A stretch of DNA of 64,000 nucleotides, from positions 65,344 through 129,343 of the forward strand of contig PBYQ01000035.1 of NCBI GenBank assembly GCA_002729695.1, read 5' to 3'. The position numbers and the translations under genes were made by a program. The stretch comes from Citromicrobium sp. (lineage in GTDB: Bacteria > Pseudomonadota > Alphaproteobacteria > Sphingomonadales > Sphingomonadaceae). This document shows positions 8,794 through 19,011 of the stretch, piece after piece. The notes under the pieces are model-generated. The model made no database searches. It was not told the DNA's origin and saw nothing but the letters and a program-made list of their open reading frames with translations. Each line of letters begins with the position of its first letter. Position 1 is the first letter of the stretch.

Positions 8794-8870
8794 GGCACCG
8801 GCCCGCACCCCCGCCCGGCCAACCCAATAGGATAAAACCAGTGGGTTGGCCGGGCGGAGGTGCGGGCTGG
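8794..8870. repeat. REP-like long palindromic element, family A, copy 1
   Basis: Arms of ~29 bp, CCGGCCCGCACCCCCGCCCGGCCAACCCA / TGGGTTGGCCGGGCGGAGGTGCGGGCTGG (27/29 complementary), 20 bp after the acyl-CoA dehydrogenase stop. A second copy lies at 57821-57900. Confidence 0.8.
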
Positions 8871-9036
8871 GAGAGCGCACAACAGACCCCTTGCGTTAAC
8901 CTGTTCGCGTAGGCGTGTCCCACCCCGGGTTTGGCGGCATTGTGCGGTTGAATGGGCGGCAGGACAGTGTTTGATTAACGATAGTCAGGCATTTCCGAAA
9001 AACCGATTCGGACCGCACAGCAGGGGGAAAGCGCAC

Positions 9037-9969
9037 ATGGCCGTCATCGCCGTCTACAGCATGAAGGGTGGGGTCGGGAAAACGACCATGGCGGTCGATC
9101 TGGCGTGGCGCTTTGCGCAGGTTGGCGGGCACGAAACCCTGCTCTACGATCTCGATCCGCAGGGCGGGGCGGGTTTCTTGCTCGGCCATGAAGAGCGCAA
9201 GGTGCAGAGGGCGATTTCCGCATTCCACCACGCCCGCGCCCCGCGCGACCTGATCGAGCCTACGAAATTCGACCGCCTCTCGCTGATCGGCGCGGACCAG
9301 AGCCTGCGCGACCTGCCCGTGCAGCTGGCGCGCATCGGCGCGAAGAAGCGGCTGGCGCAGATGCTGTCGTTCATGAAGGGCGAGTACCCGCGCATCGTGC
9401 TCGACTGCCCGCCGATGATCAACGAGGTGAGCGAGCAGATGATGGAAGCGGCCGACCTGATCGTCATCCCGCTGCCCGCTTCGCCGCTGGCCGCGCGCGC
9501 ATTCGGCTTCATCCGCAACGAACTGGCCAAGCGTCCGGGCCATCCGCCCGTGCTGCCGGTGCTTTCGATGTACGACCAGCGGCGCAAGCTGCACCGCTGG
9601 GTGCGCGAGAATGCGGCGGCCAACTGGCCGGTCATCCCGCAAAGCTCGCATGTCGAACAGGTCGCGGTGCGGCGCGAGCCGATTGCCGCCTTCGCCAACT
9701 GGTCGCCCGCTTCCAAGGGGTTCGAGCAGCTGCACGCCGCGCTCGAATCGAAGCTGGCACAACTGGGCCTGGCAGGCCCGCCGCAGGGCGGTGGCCCGCG
9801 CGCTCTCCCGCGTCCGGAGAATAATCCTGCCGAGGCCCGCGCGCACGAGGAATCGCGCGTCGTGCCGATCCGCAACGCCGCTTCGGCGCGGCAGTCCGCG
9901 CCTTCCGCGCCCCTGCGAGCGCCCTCGCCCGCGCATGATGGGCTCGCCCGCCGGGCCTTCAGCTTCTAG
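9037..9969 (+). CDS. Orphan ParA/MinD-family ATPase with Pro/Ala-rich C-terminal tail
   Basis: Internal ATG at 9037: MAVIAVYSMKGGVGKTT (deviant Walker A), DLDPQGG. The last ~70 aa are low complexity. No parB is adjacent. Confidence 0.85.
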   Translation: MAVIAVYSMKGGVGKTTMAVDLAWRFAQVGGHETLLYDLDPQGGAGFLLGHEERKVQRAISAFHHARAPRDLIEPTKFDRLSLIGADQSLRDLPVQLARIGAKKRLAQMLSFMKGEYPRIVLDCPPMINEVSEQMMEAADLIVIPLPASPLAARAFGFIRNELAKRPGHPPVLPVLSMYDQRRKLHRWVRENAAANWPVIPQSSHVEQVAVRREPIAAFANWSPASKGFEQLHAALESKLAQLGLAGPPQGGGPRALPRPENNPAEARAHEESRVVPIRNAASARQSAPSAPLRAPSPAHDGLARRAFSF

Positions 9970-10038
9970 CGCGCGCACGAGGCAACTTGTCATTCATCCT
10001 CCCGCGCTTACATTCCTGCGGGAAAGGACGAATTTTTC

Positions 10039-12024
10039 ATGAGCGACCAGAACACGCCCGACGGGCAGGGGGCGAACGGTACCAACGGCGGCCCCGGCGG
10101 ACCCAACCCCTGGGTGCGCAGCCTGATGATCTGGGGCGGGATTTTCCTCGCCCTGCTGCTGGCTGTGTCGATGTTCGGTGGTTCCTCGCAGAACGCGGGC
10201 GACACGATCAGCTATTCCGATTTCCGGGATCGCGTGGCGACCGGGACGGTCAAGGAAGTGAAGATTTCCGATGACCGGATCACCGGCACGCTCAAGAACG
10301 ACAAGACCTTCTCGACCGTCCCCGTGGGCAGCGATTCGAGCCTGACCAAGCTGCTCGACGAAAACGGCGTGACCTATTCGGGCACCCCCAAGGACGAGCC
10401 CAACCTGCTGCTGTACATCCTGCTGCAGTCGCTGCCCTTCCTGCTACTGCTCGGCATCGCGTTCTTCGCATTGCGGCAGATGCAGAAGAACGGCGGCGCG
10501 GGCGGCGCGATGGGCTTCGGCAAGTCCAAGGCCAAGATGCTGACCGAAAAGCAGGGCCGGGTGACCTTCAACGACGTCGCCGGGATCGACGAAGCGCGCG
10601 AGGAGCTGGAGGAAATCGTCGAGTTCCTCAAGGACCCGCAGCGCTTCTCCAAGCTGGGCGGCACGATCCCCAAGGGCGCGCTGCTGGTCGGCTCGCCGGG
10701 TACGGGTAAGACGCTGCTCGCACGCGCGATCGCGGGCGAGGCGGGCGTTCCGTTCTTCACAATCTCCGGCTCCGACTTCGTCGAGATGTTCGTCGGCGTC
10801 GGTGCTTCTCGTGTGCGCGACATGTTCGAACAGGCGAAGAAGAACGCGCCGTGCATCCTGTTCATCGACGAAATCGACGCCGTGGGTCGCAGCCGTGGCC
10901 ATGGCCTCGGCAATTCGAACGACGAACGCGAACAGACGCTCAACCAGCTGCTGGTCGAGATGGACGGGTTCGAAGCCAACGAAGGCATCATCATCATCGC
11001 GGCGACCAACCGCCCCGACGTGCTCGACCCCGCGCTGCTGCGCCCGGGCCGGTTCGACCGTCAGGTCGTGGTGCCCGTGCCGGACATCGAAGGGCGCGAG
11101 AAGATCCTCGATGTCCACATGAAGAAGGTGCCGCTGGCGCCCGACGTGAACCCGCGCACCATTGCGCGCGGCACGCCCGGCTTCTCGGGCGCGGATCTTG
11201 CCAACCTCGTCAACGAGGCGGCTCTGCTTGCGGCGCGCCGCAACAAGCGGCTGGTCGCGATGCAGGAATTCGAGGACGCGAAGGACAAGGTCATGATGGG
11301 CAGCGAACGCCGCTCCATGGTCATGACCGACGACGAGAAGAAGATGACCGCCTATCACGAAGCGGGCCACGCGCTGGTCTCGCTGAACGAGCCGGCATCG
11401 GACCCGATCCACAAGGCGACGATCATCCCGCGCGGCCGCGCGCTGGGCATGGTGATGCGCCTGCCCGAGCGGGACAATTACTCGTACCACCGCGACAAGA
11501 TGCACGCCGACCTTGCCGTCGCCATGGGTGGCCGCGTGGCGGAAGAGATCATCTTCGGACACGACAAGGTGTCGAGCGGTGCCAGCTCCGACATCCAGTA
11601 CGCCACCTCTCTGGCGCGCAACATGGTGACCAAATGGGGGATGTCCGACAAGCTCGGCCCGCTCCAGTACGAGGAACAGCAGGAAGGCTACCTCGGCATG
11701 GGCCAGTCGGCGCGCACGATGGGCTCGGGCGAGACCAACAAGCTGATCGACGCGGAAATCCGCGCGCTGGTGGAAGGGGCGCACAAGCGTGCGACCGAAA
11801 TCCTCACCACCAAGGAAGACCAGCTGCACCTGCTCGCGCAGACGATGCTCGAGTTCGAGACGCTGACCGGCGACGAGATCGACCAGCTGCTCAAGGACGG
11901 CAAGCTCGACCGGCCCGACGAGCCCCGTGGGCCGAGCAAGCCGCGCAGCGTCAGCGGGTCGGCCGTGCCCAAGGCGGGCAAGCGCTTCGGTGGCGAAGGT
12001 GGTACGAGCCCGCAGGGGGCTTGA
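10039..12024 (+). CDS. ftsH: ATP-dependent zinc metalloprotease FtsH
   Basis: 661 aa, with two N-terminal TM segments, AAA motifs GPPGTGKT... ([22 protein letters not shown]) and the Zn site HEAGHA. Confidence 0.97.
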   Translation: MSDQNTPDGQGANGTNGGPGGPNPWVRSLMIWGGIFLALLLAVSMFGGSSQNAGDTISYSDFRDRVATGTVKEVKISDDRITGTLKNDKTFSTVPVGSDSSLTKLLDENGVTYSGTPKDEPNLLLYILLQSLPFLLLLGIAFFALRQMQKNGGAGGAMGFGKSKAKMLTEKQGRVTFNDVAGIDEAREELEEIVEFLKDPQRFSKLGGTIPKGALLVGSPGTGKTLLARAIAGEAGVPFFTISGSDFVEMFVGVGASRVRDMFEQAKKNAPCILFIDEIDAVGRSRGHGLGNSNDEREQTLNQLLVEMDGFEANEGIIIIAATNRPDVLDPALLRPGRFDRQVVVPVPDIEGREKILDVHMKKVPLAPDVNPRTIARGTPGFSGADLANLVNEAALLAARRNKRLVAMQEFEDAKDKVMMGSERRSMVMTDDEKKMTAYHEAGHALVSLNEPASDPIHKATIIPRGRALGMVMRLPERDNYSYHRDKMHADLAVAMGGRVAEEIIFGHDKVSSGASSDIQYATSLARNMVTKWGMSDKLGPLQYEEQQEGYLGMGQSARTMGSGETNKLIDAEIRALVEGAHKRATEILTTKEDQLHLLAQTMLEFETLTGDEIDQLLKDGKLDRPDEPRGPSKPRSVSGSAVPKAGKRFGGEGGTSPQGA

Positions 12025-12085
12025 CGGGGAACCCCGCTTGGCTCCTGATGGTTAACCGGATCGAATCATCGAGGGAGTGCCAACA

Positions 12086-12364
12086 ATGAAACGCTCGAAT
12101 GTCGCCATGGTCGTAGCTCTGGCCGCCGCTTCGCTCGGCCTTGCCGCCTGTTCGGAACAGACCCAGGAAAACGGCAAGGCATTTGCCGAAGGCGCCGCCG
12201 CCGACACCGCCGCCAATGCCGAGGTGGTGGGTGAGAAGCTTGAAGAAGCGACCGTTGTTGCCGCCGACAAGGTGAGCGAGGCGTCCGCCGACCTGCGCGA
12301 CGATGTGGCCGAGAAGCGCGAAAAGGCCGAGCCTACCGACGGCAAGCTCGACGGAACCGATTGA
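12086..12364 (+). CDS. Small Ala/Glu-rich lipoprotein
   Basis: ATG at 12086, 9 nt after GAGGGA. Lipobox in MKRSNVAMVVALAAASLGLAAC. Confidence 0.5.
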   Translation: MKRSNVAMVVALAAASLGLAACSEQTQENGKAFAEGAAADTAANAEVVGEKLEEATVVAADKVSEASADLRDDVAEKREKAEPTDGKLDGTD

Positions 12365-12416
12365 CCAGAAGTCCTGGCGCCTGCCCCCTCCCGGTCGAGG
12401 GCTGGGGCAGCGCCGG

Positions 12417-13511
12417 CTAGAACGCGCCCAGGAACAGAAGTATCTGCAGGAACAACGCGATCACCACAAAGATCGCGAACAGCAGCACGACCAACCGCCA
12501 GATCGTCGACCAGGTGGAAAGGCCATAGGCCTGCTTCAGCTGGCGATAGATATGGAGCGGCGCGATGGTCGAGAAGATCGTGAACAGCCACGGCAGGCCC
12601 ACGCCGACCTTGCCCATCAGCGACAGCACGATGAACACCAGCGACATGAAGCTGAGCGAGTAGGTGATGAAGACCGCGTGGTCATACGCCTTGAATTCGC
12701 TTCTCCAGGCGAACAGCAGCCACACAAAGGGGAGCGAGAGCGGGATTAGCAGCCACGAGAATTTGTAGCTGTTGGATTGCAGCTTGTAGAGCATCAGGCC
12801 CGGGTTCTTGCGCCACTTTTCATTGAGGTGCTTCATGAACTCGCTGCCGGTCGGGTTGCCGATCGTGATGTTCAGGTTCGATTTACCGCCCTTTTTATCA
12901 CCCTCGATCACGGATCGACCGGTCTCGATCGACGCGATGTCCTGATCGACTTCGTCGATGGCACTGCGGATCCGGCTGGCCTCGGCCGCGTCGGTGGTCT
13001 CCTCCAGGCTGGCCAGCAGCTCCTGACGTTTGCCCCTTAGCTGCGACTGCTCCTTCTCTAGGACGCTGCCGATCTGCTTCATGTCGGGGGCGGATATGTC
13101 CGTCGGCGTGGTGAAGCCGACCGCTTGAAACACCGCGAACATCAGGAACACGGTGAACAGGAACATCGCCATCGGCGACACGAAATCGGCCCGTTCGCCC
13201 GCGATATATCGCCGGGTCAGATCGCCCGGTCGCCACGCGAGCAGCGGTAGCGTGCGCCACAGCTTGCCGTCGAGGTGCAGCACGCCGTGCACCAGATCGT
13301 GCCCCACGGCAGACAGCGTGCGGTGAAGGTGCGCCTTCTGCCCGCATGCGTGGCAATGGCTGCCGACGAGTTCCGTCCCGCAATTGAGGCAATTGCCTTC
13401 GACAAAATGATCGCTCTCGTCGGTCTTGCCGCTTCCGGTGGCGCGCGAAATGGCGCGTGCGAACAGGCCGCCTTCGCTGGCCGTGCCCAGTGCGTCGCCA
13501 AACTCGCTCAT
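12417..13511 (-). CDS. DUF3667-like membrane protein with N-terminal double CxxC zinc ribbon
   Basis: CLNCGTELVGSHCHACGQK followed by several TM helices. The family assignment is from memory of this architecture. Confidence 0.7.
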   Translation of the reverse strand: MSEFGDALGTASEGGLFARAISRATGSGKTDESDHFVEGNCLNCGTELVGSHCHACGQKAHLHRTLSAVGHDLVHGVLHLDGKLWRTLPLLAWRPGDLTRRYIAGERADFVSPMAMFLFTVFLMFAVFQAVGFTTPTDISAPDMKQIGSVLEKEQSQLRGKRQELLASLEETTDAAEASRIRSAIDEVDQDIASIETGRSVIEGDKKGGKSNLNITIGNPTGSEFMKHLNEKWRKNPGLMLYKLQSNSYKFSWLLIPLSLPFVWLLFAWRSEFKAYDHAVFITYSLSFMSLVFIVLSLMGKVGVGLPWLFTIFSTIAPLHIYRQLKQAYGLSTWSTIWRLVVLLFAIFVVIALFLQILLFLGAF

Positions 13512-13564
13512 CTCACCGGTCCCCCTGGCGCCTTTCTAGCAGGCGCAAATCTTCGGTCGAGCCT

Positions 13565-14314
13565 CTAGGGCAGGATCGCGAGGCTGAGCAACATCTCGCG
13601 ACCCAGCATCAGCGCCACGGTCAGGATCACCAGGATCGGCGCGAGGCGCAGCAGGGTCGCCGCCCTGTCTGTCCGAGCGTATTTGCTCAGCAACCACGCA
13701 TTGAGCACCACGATCGCGCTTACCAGCGGGGCGAGGACCAGTTGCGACGGCGCGCCGAGCGCATGGATGGCGACGGTCAGCGCGATGATGCCGCCCGATC
13801 CGCCAAGCGCGCTGGCTCCGTAGAGCAGCGCCCAGTGCGGGTGGCGCCCCTCGATCCGCGGGCAGGAGAGGCGCGCAGCGAACATGCCGAGCGGCAGCAG
13901 CAGCCAGCCCAACGCCCACAACTTGCCAAGGAAGGCGAGCGCACTTGTGCCGCCCCGCGCAGCCGCCAGCCGATCGGGCGGAGTCCCATCGCCGCGGCGC
14001 CACGCAAGGCTGGCCTGTTCGAGGAAGAAGGTTGCCGACTGCGCGCGCTCGCGCCGTTCGGCCGCTTCGGGCGTCTCTGCCCCGTCAGGCGCGCGGGCCA
14101 CATCGGTCAGCGCGGTGTTTCCCCGCGAGAGGGCGCTGTCGATCGCGCGGTCCTGGCCGATCCGCCCGCGCGGCTCGCTCGCAAGGTCGATCGCCAGCAA
14201 CAGCGCCATCCCTGCAAGAAATATGGCAAGCGCCCGCATGACCGGATCGCGCATCATTCCCCCCGCGGGGCTGGCGATGTCGGATGGTGGGGCGGAGGGG
14301 GAAGGGTCGGGCAT
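13565..14314 (-). CDS. Hypothetical polytopic membrane protein
   Basis: 249-aa ORF with hydrophobic helices at both ends. The start is uncertain (14314 or the internal MMRDP). Confidence 0.5.
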   Translation of the reverse strand: MPDPSPSAPPSDIASPAGGMMRDPVMRALAIFLAGMALLLAIDLASEPRGRIGQDRAIDSALSRGNTALTDVARAPDGAETPEAAERRERAQSATFFLEQASLAWRRGDGTPPDRLAAARGGTSALAFLGKLWALGWLLLPLGMFAARLSCPRIEGRHPHWALLYGASALGGSGGIIALTVAIHALGAPSQLVLAPLVSAIVVLNAWLLSKYARTDRAATLLRLAPILVILTVALMLGREMLLSLAILP

Positions 14315-14408
14315 AGCGGTGATTCATAACGCAGACGCGTTGCTTGGCCACCTCTTCTGTTTGGAACAAACCAAGAACGCGGGGCGTTGGGAAGGAAAGG
14401 AGACAGAC

Positions 14409-14642
14409 ATGGCTACCAATCTCGAACACCCGAAGGCCGACCCGACATCCAATGCCGAGAAGGCCCCCGAAAACTGGACAACGGGCGACGAGGCGATGAC
14501 CGGTGCACAGGCGAGCTACCTCAAGACGCTGGCCGAAGAAGCGGGCGATCGCGATGCGTTCGATCCTTCGCTGACGAAGGCCGAAGCATCGCTGCGGATC
14601 GATGCCTTGCAGGAGAAGACCGGGCGCGGCGCCGATGGATGA
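14409..14642 (+). CDS. DUF3072-like small protein
   Basis: ATG at 14409 after GGAAAGGAG: MATNLEHPKADPTSNAEKAPENWTTGDEAMTGAQASYLKTLAEEAG. Confidence 0.65.
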   Translation: MATNLEHPKADPTSNAEKAPENWTTGDEAMTGAQASYLKTLAEEAGDRDAFDPSLTKAEASLRIDALQEKTGRGADG

Positions 14643-14654
14643 CGCGCCGCCGGG

Positions 14655-15386
14655 CTAGCCCTTGGCCAGCTTGTGCTCGATCTGTGTCCACAGCGTCTTG
14701 AAAGAGCGCGTGGCATCGCTGCGCGGAGCAAAGGCACCGACCGGCGCAAGGTGCGTGGCGCATTGCTCGATCGCGCTCGACGCTGGGACCGCGGGCCAGC
14801 CCTTTTCGCTCGCCACTGAATCGCGGTGCAGCGCCCGCCGCCGGTCGACCATCGAGAACACGGGCATGATCGGCGGGGCCTTCTTGCCTTCCGACTGCAC
14901 CTCGTCGCGCACGGTTTCGAGCGCGCGGGCGGACAGCGGCGAGGGCGGGATCGGCACCAGGATCAGGTCGGCAGCGCGGACGATCTGGCTGGAGAGTTCG
15001 TTCAGGACCGGCGGGCAATCCAGAATCAGCCGGTCGTAGTCTTTTACCAGAGCGGCGGTCAGCTTCGCGATGCGGTTCTTCTTGCCGATCTCGGCCAGCG
15101 TCACGTCCAGCGCGCGGATCGATTCGTCGGCAGGCAACAGGTCGAGCCGGGGGTATTGCGTGTGCCGGATCAGCTTGGCGGCATCGATCTCCTTCGCGAT
15201 CACGCTTTGCGCGCGCCGTTTCTTGCGCGGATCGACCCCCAGCAGAAAGCCTGCGCCACCGGCCGCGTCGAGATCCCACAGCAGCGTGCGGCGGCTGGAT
15301 TGGGTGGCCGCGCACCACGCAAGGTTGGCGGCGAAGGTGGTTTTCCCGACCCCGCCCTTGACGCTGTAGACCGCAACGACCGCCAT
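14655..15386 (-). CDS. Orphan ParA/MinD-family ATPase (paralog of 9037..9969)
   Basis: Internal ATG at 15386: MAVVAVYSVKGGVGKTT...DLDAAGGAGFLLG...LILDCPP. Colinear with the other ParA-like protein. Confidence 0.85.
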   Translation of the reverse strand: MAVVAVYSVKGGVGKTTFAANLAWCAATQSSRRTLLWDLDAAGGAGFLLGVDPRKKRRAQSVIAKEIDAAKLIRHTQYPRLDLLPADESIRALDVTLAEIGKKNRIAKLTAALVKDYDRLILDCPPVLNELSSQIVRAADLILVPIPPSPLSARALETVRDEVQSEGKKAPPIMPVFSMVDRRRALHRDSVASEKGWPAVPASSAIEQCATHLAPVGAFAPRSDATRSFKTLWTQIEHKLAKG

Positions 15387-15487
15387 GCCTTCCCTTCTCC
15401 TCGCGAGAATCTGCGCGTGCCATCTGGCCCGATTGTTACATCGCAAAAACTCGCTGCGGGAAATCCCCCTTTTTTGAGGGAGGCGCT

Positions 15488-15527
15488 CAAAAGGAAACGG
15501 GGCGGCAGCTCCGATGAGCTCCGCCCC
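15488..15527 (-). terminator. Rho-independent terminator downstream of rpoZ
   Basis: Minus-strand hairpin GGGGCGGAGCTC-atcg-GAGCTGCCGCCCC, followed by GTTTCCTTTT. Confidence 0.55.
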
Positions 15528-15557
15528 GCGTTCCGGTGTTCTGTTGGATGAAGAGCG

Positions 15558-15902
15558 TCAGCCCTCGTAGTCGCCACCCACCGAGGTCGAGCGGGTCGGG
15601 GTCGCCGCCGTCACGCGCAGCGCCTCGGCCGACTGGCTGAGCGAGCCGATTTCATCGACCTCGTCATCGTCGTTAGGCAGGATCTTCTGCAGGTTGGTGA
15701 CCATGCTTTCCTGCAGGTCCTTGGGCTTCACGGTCTGTTCGGCGATTTCGCGCAGCGCGACGACCGGGTTCTTGTCCCGGTCGCGGTCGAGCGTGATTTC
15801 CGCACCGCCGGAGATTTCGCGGGCGCGTTCGGCCGCGAGCAGCACGAGATCGAAGCGGTTGGGAATCTTGTCGACGCAATCTTCAACGGTAACGCGCGCC
15901 AT
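15558..15902 (-). CDS. rpoZ: DNA-directed RNA polymerase subunit omega
   Basis: [30 protein letters not shown]. The start is taken at the internal ATG at 15902 of track ORF 15558..15923. Confidence 0.9.
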   Translation of the reverse strand: MARVTVEDCVDKIPNRFDLVLLAAERAREISGGAEITLDRDRDKNPVVALREIAEQTVKPKDLQESMVTNLQKILPNDDDEVDEIGSLSQSAEALRVTAATPTRSTSVGGDYEG

Positions 15903-16035
15903 AAGCGAAGGCACTCCATGCACTTAAATTTCGGGATCGACATGACCTATAGGTGTGTGCGCCGGAATTTTCAACGTGAATCCGCGCGCCGATCCTTGCT
16001 CGGGCGGACTACTGGAAAGCATTCCAAAAACACAG

Positions 16036-16130
16036 CTCCTCCCCCTTGAGGGGGAGGCTGGGTGGGGGTGTACCCCGGCCGCTGGCCCGGTACACCCACC
16101 CCAGACCCCTCCCCCAAGGGAGGGGAGAAC
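16036..16130. repeat. Structured G/C-rich REP-like element, family B, copy 1 (inverted relative to copies 2 and 3)
   Basis: CCCCCTTGAGGGGGAGG hairpin, then a central GGGTGGGGGTGTACC...GGTACACCCACCCC stem, then a CCCCTCCCCCAAGGGAGGGG hairpin. It abuts the dnaB stop. Confidence 0.75.
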
Positions 16131-16136
16131 TGGAGG

Positions 16137-17666
16137 CTACTCCTCGCCGAAGTCCGAATAGTCGCGATAGTTCGGCGAGCTGAACTTGGTGTATTCGCTC
16201 TGGAAGATCAGCGGCACGTTGCCGGTGGAGCCGTGGCGCTGCTTGGCGACGATCAGCAGCGCCTTGTTCACCAGTTTCTGGTGCTCCTCCATCCAGTCCT
16301 GGTATTTCTGCGCGTCGTCGGGCGATTCGGAGCCGTCGGGCACGTTGGGCATCTGCGCCTTGTGATAATATTCGGCGCGGTAGATGAACCACACCATGTC
16401 GGCGTCCTGCTCGATCGAGCCCGATTCGCGAAGGTCGGCCAGCTGGGGCTTCTTGTCCTCGCGCTGCTCCACCGCACGGCTGAGCTGCGAGAGCGCGATC
16501 ACCGGCAGCTCCAGCTCCTTCGCCATGGTCTTGAGACCACGGCTGATCTCCGAAATCTCGTTCACGCGGTTGTCGTTGGCGCGGCCCGAACCCTGCAGCA
16601 GCTGCAGGTAGTCGACCACGACGAGGCCGATCTTGTTCTTCCGCTTCAGCCGCCGCGCGCGCATCCGCAGCGCATCAATGGTGAGCGCAGGCGTGTCGTC
16701 GATATAGAGCGGCAGGTCGGCGAGGCGCTGGCTGGCTTCGGAAAGGCGGGTAAACTCGTCGCGCCCGATATCGCCCGAACGCAGCTTTTCCGAACTGATC
16801 TCTGCCTGTTCGGCAAGGATACGCGTGGCGAGCTGGTCCGCGCTCATTTCGAGGCTGAAGAACGCGACCGGCGCGCCGCCGCTATCGGGCCCGCCGTCGC
16901 GCATCTGCTTGAGATATTCGTAAGCGGTGTTGAACGCGATATTGGTCGCGAGCGAGGTTTTGCCCATGCCCGGACGTCCGGCGAGGATCACGAGGTCCGA
17001 ATTGTGCAGGCCGGCGGTCTTGTCGTCGATCGTGGCGAGGCCGGTGGTCCGGCCCGACAGGCCGCGATCCGAATTCATCGCCTTCTGCGCCAGCTTCAGC
17101 GCGGCGATCGAGGCATCTTTGAAGGTGCTCGCGTCGCTGCCGATGTTGGTCCCCTCGGCAATCTCGTACAGCGCGGCTTCCGCGGTCTCGATCTGCCGGA
17201 GCGGTTCGACCCGCTCCGACGTGTCGAGGGCGTCGTTCACCAGCGTGCGGCCCACGGTCACCAGTTCGCGCAGCAGCGCGAGGTCGTAGATCTGTTCGGC
17301 CAGCTGCCGGGTCGCGAGCAGGCCGTGCCCATCCGCCGTCAGCCGCGCGAGATAGGTCGTCCCGCCCAGCTGCTCCAGGTGCTCGCTGCCTTCGAAATAG
17401 GGCTTCAGCGTCACCGGGCTCGCGGTCGCGCCGCGCTCCATCATCGTCAGCACCCGCTCCATGATCAGGCGGTGCGCGGGGACGAAGAAATGCTCGGGCC
17501 GCAGCGGGTTGGGCAGTTCCTCGTATACCGAATTGTCGATCAGGATCGCGCCCAGGAAGGCGGCCTCCGCCTCAACGTTGGATGGCAGGGTGCGGCCCTC
17601 TTCGGTCAGGGAACCGGAAGCGGATTCGTTGGCGGACGGATTGAGTATCAGCGGGGCGTCGGACAT
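16137..17666 (-). CDS. dnaB: Replicative DNA helicase DnaB
   Basis: Internal ATG at 17666 (MSDAPLIL...LPSNVEAEAAFLGAIL). Walker A GRPGMGKTS, followed by VVVDYLQLL. The upstream part of track ORF 16137..18344 is antisense to the UPF0262 gene. Confidence 0.95.
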   Translation of the reverse strand: MSDAPLILNPSANESASGSLTEEGRTLPSNVEAEAAFLGAILIDNSVYEELPNPLRPEHFFVPAHRLIMERVLTMMERGATASPVTLKPYFEGSEHLEQLGGTTYLARLTADGHGLLATRQLAEQIYDLALLRELVTVGRTLVNDALDTSERVEPLRQIETAEAALYEIAEGTNIGSDASTFKDASIAALKLAQKAMNSDRGLSGRTTGLATIDDKTAGLHNSDLVILAGRPGMGKTSLATNIAFNTAYEYLKQMRDGGPDSGGAPVAFFSLEMSADQLATRILAEQAEISSEKLRSGDIGRDEFTRLSEASQRLADLPLYIDDTPALTIDALRMRARRLKRKNKIGLVVVDYLQLLQGSGRANDNRVNEISEISRGLKTMAKELELPVIALSQLSRAVEQREDKKPQLADLRESGSIEQDADMVWFIYRAEYYHKAQMPNVPDGSESPDDAQKYQDWMEEHQKLVNKALLIVAKQRHGSTGNVPLIFQSEYTKFSSPNYRDYSDFGEE

Positions 17667-17822
17667 TCGGGGGACAGTGTGCGATGCAGCGAGTCGCATC
17701 AAGCCATCGCCCGCGGCCAATTTTTCAGCCCCCTGTGCAAAAGGCAGACAAGCAGGCGCGGGATCGATGCACGCGAGGTCTTGCCCGAGCCCCCCCGCTT
17801 CTGCGAAGGCAAGCGTGAACCC

Positions 17823-18305
17823 ATGGCTGACCATCGCATCTCGCACATCGATCTCGACGATTCGACGATCCTCTGGCGCAATGCCGATGTCGAGCAGGAG
17901 CGCCGGGTCGCGATCTTCGACCTGATCGAGGAAAACACCTTCAAGCCGCTGCGCGCGGTGGAGAAGGGTGCCGATGGCCCCTACCACCTCGCGCTGTCGG
18001 TGCGCGACGATCGGCTGGCGCTCGATATATTCGACGAACAGGGCACCGAGCTGGAGACGATCCTGCTGGGCCTCGCCCGCTTCCGCCGCCCGATCCGCGA
18101 CTATTTCGCGATCTGCGACAGCTATTACCAGGCGATCCGCAAGGCGACCCCGCAGGAAATCGAAACGATCGATATGGCGCGGCGAGGCGTCCACAACGGC
18201 GCGGCGGAGCTGCTGGTCGAACGGCTGGAAGGCAAGGTCGAAACCGATTTCGCGACCGCGCGGCGGCTGTTCACGCTGATCTGCGTCTTGCACATCCGGG
18301 GCTGA
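17823..18305 (+). CDS. UPF0262 family protein
   Basis: These are the last 160 codons of the 747-aa track ORF 16062..18305: MADHRISHIDLDDSTILWRNADVEQERRVAIFDLIEEN. Confidence 0.8.
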   Translation: MADHRISHIDLDDSTILWRNADVEQERRVAIFDLIEENTFKPLRAVEKGADGPYHLALSVRDDRLALDIFDEQGTELETILLGLARFRRPIRDYFAICDSYYQAIRKATPQEIETIDMARRGVHNGAAELLVERLEGKVETDFATARRLFTLICVLHIRG

Positions 18306-18309
18306 CATC

Positions 18310-19011
18310 ATGGCACGCCGGACCAGACGCCCGCTGTGGCTCAAGCTGTTGCTTGCCGTGCTGATCGTCGCGCCGCTGGGCGTGGCGGCCTGGCTCTATC
18401 TCGACATGCGCGAATGGCGACCGGAGGAACGCGCCTTTCCGGAACAGGGGGTCGATCTTTCGGGCGTCGACGGGGCGATCAATTTCGAAGTGCTCAAGGG
18501 CAACGGCGCGGACTTCGTTTACCTGCCCGCGACCTCGGGCGAGAGCGAGCAGGCGGGCGATTTCACCCGCAACCTCGCCGCCGCGCGCAAGGCGGGGCTG
18601 GAAGTGGGCGCGGTGCATCGGTTCGACCCCTGCGTGCCTGCCGACGGGCAATCCGCGAACTTCGTCACCATCGTGCCGCGCGATGCCAACCTGCTGCCGC
18701 CCGCGATCGAGCTGAGCGATACGGGCGAGGATTGCCTCGAGCCGATCACCAGCGGGCAGGTTCGCAGCGAACTGACGATCCTCGCCAACCAGATCGAGGC
18801 GCACGCGGGTAAGCCCGCGATCCTGAAGGTGACGCGCGATTTCGAGGCTGCGCACGGCGTCGCCGGGCGGATCGAGCGCAACCTGTGGCTGGTCCGCACC
18901 CGGTTCGAACCCGATTACGGCGGTCGCCCGTGGCTGCTGTGGACCGCGAACGAGAGCTATCACGGGCCGGGCAGCGAGGCCCCGTTGGGATGGGTGGTGG
19001 TACGACCATGA
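18310..19011 (+). CDS. Membrane-anchored glycoside hydrolase family 25 (lysozyme)-like protein
   Basis: N-terminal TM helix, then GVDLSGVDGAINFEVLKGNGADFVYLPATSGE...AGLEVGAVHRF, which resembles the GH25 signature. Confidence 0.65.
   Translation: MARRTRRPLWLKLLLAVLIVAPLGVAAWLYLDMREWRPEERAFPEQGVDLSGVDGAINFEVLKGNGADFVYLPATSGESEQAGDFTRNLAAARKAGLEVGAVHRFDPCVPADGQSANFVTIVPRDANLLPPAIELSDTGEDCLEPITSGQVRSELTILANQIEAHAGKPAILKVTRDFEAAHGVAGRIERNLWLVRTRFEPDYGGRPWLLWTANESYHGPGSEAPLGWVVVRP

Noticed and set aside
16062-17822. The first ~587 codons of the 747-aa plus-strand ORF 16062..18305
   Set aside because: It is antisense to the well-supported dnaB gene and reads as Arg/Ala/Gly-rich low-complexity sequence typical of GC-rich shadow frames. 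Only the last 160 codons (UPF0262 protein) look real.
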